Source: Amoebophrya sp. A120 (lineage: Eukaryota > Protista > Dinoflagellata). Taken from it: a stretch of DNA of 64,000 nt. This document shows positions 61,401 through 64,000 of the stretch, piece by piece. The DNA is taken from positions 2,313,331 to 2,377,330 of the forward strand of contig CAJINV010000011.1 in assembly GCA_905178155.1 (NCBI GenBank), given 5' to 3'. Each line of letters begins with the position of its first letter. The first letter of the stretch is position 1. The notes beneath the pieces were generated by a model that was not told the origin of the DNA, searched no databases, and was given only the letters and a program-made list of their open reading frames with translations. Made by a program: the position numbers and the translations under genes.

Positions 61401-64000
61401 CCCTTCGTGCTCCACAGCCGCGATCTGGCGGAGCCGATTTTGGTTTCGATGCAGGGCGGCAAGCCCGACGTGGAAGAAGAAGTCGTGCAGCGGAAAGACG
61501 GGGCAGCAGTTGCTGCTCCAGGCGGGGCAGTAGCTGCTGGCACGACCTTATCTTGTGCAAAAGTATCGTACTAGTATAAGCTGCATTACAAATTGACTTT
61601 AGCATTACAAATTTAATTTGTAATGCTGATCTACCTCGAGAAGGAGATTTGTAATGCATAAATGCAATTACTACGAGTACGATGCTTTTGCACAGGATAG
61701 ACCTGGTACGTCGAACAGCTGAACGACGGATATGGTGTTCTCAACTGTTGCATTCTCAACTGTATACATGAATTTGTGATGCAAGAATGGCAAAAGTCAA
61801 AGCAGGAAGGTTGCGCCTTGAGCATTACAAATCCCGCACAGATTTAGGCTCTCTTTAGCCCTTCCAAAACTTGTCATGCGAAGTAGCTCCACCTTGTGGA
61901 TGTTGATGCTCATTTTGCATGACGAATCATGTAACAGTTGAGAATGTAACGCTTGAGAACGCCATAACGTATCTGAAACGGTGTTGTCCGACGAGGAGGG
62001 CGCTTTTCTGCACCAGCAGTCCACTGCGGTGTTATGGCGGGAGGAAAGAATATCGCAAGAAAAAACTGTTTCACTGTAAACTTGTGATCCATAGAACGGA
62101 ATGCAAATGTGTTTGTGTTACTACACATGCAAGACATTGGATTTTTTTTTTAGCTGTGTTTTCCCTCAGGAAGCACGCATGCCAAGATTTCTTTGTCATT
62201 TGTAACAAACTTGTGATGCAGATCTTGCAAAATCATCACAGTGAAACAGTTTTTTCAAGGGATAAAGAACGCCACTGTGCCCCCTGCGCGGTTCTCTGCG
62301 CCCGTTTCTGTTGGGCAACCTCTCCAGTAGGATGACGGACTTGTGTATCCAAGAAGATTTTTGTGCGTGTAACTTATATTTTTGGAGGCATTTTTAGGTA
62401 TTTTTACAGCACAAGCAGCATTACAAATGCAAATCTGTCTGGCATGATGAGAACAAAAACCTGTCATGCGCAGATGATGCGTGAAAATATAAATAATGCG
62501 GCTCAGTCGTGGACGACCTCAGAATGGCAAGGCATATGTACAGCATGACAAATGATTATCATCTTGCATGTTGCGCATCACTTAGTTACGCCAACAATGT
62601 TTTTTTCTTGCATACTGTGGGCAGCCAAAATATGGCGTTCTCAAACGTTACATTCTCAACTGTTACATGCACTTGCAATGCAAGAAAAGCAAAAGTGAAA
62701 GTGGCAACGTGGCAGCTTTCGCATCACAGATTATGATGCTGTTTAGCCTTTCGAAAATTTGTCATGCTAAGCACCTTGATCAAGTGGAGGCTGATGGCAA
62801 TTTTGCATGACAAATTCATGTAACACGACTTGAGAATGTAACAGTTGAGAACGCCATACAAAAGGGGGGAGATGTGGAAGAACCGCAAACGAGTGGACCG
62901 CAGTCTCGCGAAGGTATGAGAGTGGTTCACAACTCCCCCTCCCCTCATTTGTCATGCAAAAACGCAGTTCCACTTCCAGGCACTGCCTCTCATCGCTACC
63001 TTGCATGACAGACTTGGGAATTATTCAAACAGTACTTATAAACCGCACGCATATTCGTCATGCGGAAGCTACATTTATTCTGACCTTCTGTCTATTGTTG
63101 TTCTTGCCTTGTTCAAATGAGGGTGACTCAGGGGGAGTTCTTGTGCTGCACTCTCATAGTCGGGGTTCAAACACGAGAAGCCACCGCCTCCCTGGATTTT
63201 CGAAGTCACAGCACCACAAACGTTGCCTTACCCGGGTGACGCCGACGAGTGCGAGGAATGGGAACGCATCCAGGCCAAGCTGCTAGACGAGTTGCGCCGC
63301 GTGCATATTGATCCGCACGATAAAAATGTTATCCCAAGAAAATAAAACTTTGTAGCGTGGAACTTTGATGATGCAACTGAACTGTAATAAGTATGCAACT
63401 ATGCAGATCGACATCATGCAGAGTGAAGATGAACATGAACACCCACAGCCACACTTATGAAAATATGCGTGGAGTATGCTAGTGCGCTTCCATAATTTTC
63501 GTGGACTAGTAGTACACCCAGGGCCAGGACATTGGGCACGTCAAAAACTTTCCTACTGCCGCGCCCGCTTCAATATTTCCATCGCGCGCTACTACTCAGT
63601 TTTTACGCACGACCACAAGGCTCTTATTCTGCAGGAGTCCTCTGCAAATATTTGGGATTCATCTCATCATGCTTATGTTTTCGTTTGCATTATGAGTGCC
63701 CGCGGCCACAGTTTTAAAAACATTTCCCTTGGATATTCCAGAAGAAGAGCCCCGACGCCGACGAAGAACAGCAGCAGAACACTGGCGAGGAGCAAGGTGT
63801 CGACCGGCCTCCCGTGGCAGCCAATGTCTTGCACGGGGCCAACCTCCCTGTCCCGGACCAGGCAACCGAAGCGAACGGCAGGCGGAGAGAAATGGTTCCT
63901 CTGGATGAAATATCCTGTGCAAAAGTATTGTACTGTAGTATTGCAATCATGCATTACAAATTTTTTTCTTAACGGGAAATCCGCAATACAAGTCTATTAA
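55498..64000 (+). CDS. Very large hypothetical protein, largely low-complexity, with ~14 introners; start uncertain, runs off the window end
   Basis: ORF segments join in frame across successive TAT...ATA elements. Junctions at 57001-57035 and ~57325-57630 are unresolved, so this could be more than one gene. Confidence 0.55.
56415..56726. mobile_element. Introner, family A, with a 50-bp internal expansion
   Basis: DR CGCAC/CGCAC. Confidence 0.92.
57001..57035. repeat. (AATCA)7 microsatellite
   Basis: Seven perfect 5-bp units. Confidence 0.95.
57325..57629. mobile_element. Possible highly degenerate introner; right end uncertain
   Basis: Starts TATCCCATGTGAAAA, contains TGTCATGC, and separates two coding ORFs. 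Confidence 0.4.
58141..58328. mobile_element. Introner, family A
   Basis: DR GGCAT/GGCAG. Confidence 0.85.
59893..60171. mobile_element. Introner, family B
   Basis: DR GAGGA/GAGGA; same orientation as 17375-17653. Confidence 0.92.
60225..60547. mobile_element. Introner, family E-related
   Basis: DR TGGGT/TGGGT. Confidence 0.82.
61025..61377. mobile_element. Introner, family B, degenerate
   Basis: DR CGGTC/CGGGC. Confidence 0.8.
61549..61699. mobile_element. Introner, family D
   Basis: DR GACCT/GACCT. Confidence 0.9.
61731..61966. mobile_element. Introner, family G (TATGGYGTTCTCAA TIR)
   Basis: DR ACGGA/ACGTA. Confidence 0.88.
62051..62264. mobile_element. Introner, family C
   Basis: DR AAGAA/AAGAA. 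Confidence 0.88.
62346..62614. mobile_element. Introner, family C
   Basis: DR TTGTG/CTGTG. Confidence 0.82.
62631..62858. mobile_element. Introner, family G
   Basis: DR CAAAA/CAAAA. Confidence 0.9.
62915..63158. mobile_element. Introner, family F
   Basis: DR GAAGG/GTCGG. Confidence 0.8.
63330..63735. mobile_element. Degenerate introner, family C-like
   Basis: TATCCCAAG...CTTGGATA ends; DR not recognisable, but removing the element plus 5 nt restores the frame. Confidence 0.55.
63911..64000. mobile_element. Introner, family D, truncated by the window end
   Basis: TATCCTGTGCAAAAGTATTGTACT left TIR. Confidence 0.8.

Overview
Eukaryotic, gene-dense window with about 14 protein-coding genes, all on the + strand. 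Recognisable products: a RING-finger protein (partial), ISCA2, a SET-domain protein, a SHIPPO/PGPG-repeat protein, a bacterial-type lysine 6-aminotransferase fusion, the mitochondrial DTC carrier, NOP15/NIFK, katanin p80, meckelin/TMEM67 and a TBC Rab-GAP, plus several unknowns. The dominant feature is about 50 short (mostly 140-400 bp) transposon-like elements interrupting coding sequence. Each runs TAT...ATA with terminal inverted repeats (TIRs) and is usually flanked by a 5-bp direct repeat (DR). Removing the element plus one DR copy restores the reading frame and conserved motifs, so they behave as non-GT-AG introns (introners). They fall into at least 8 TIR families, occur in both orientations, share an internal GCAT(G/C/T)ACAA motif and imply exons as short as 1 nt. 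This architecture matches what has been published for the parasitic dinoflagellate Amoebophrya; the organism assignment is inference. Other notable items: a LAT aminotransferase fused to an LKR/SDH-interdomain, a 1.2-kb insertion that duplicated a splice acceptor, an 805-bp MITE and a frameshifting (AATCA)7 tract. All coordinates were read by eye, and the gene models lack RNA support.
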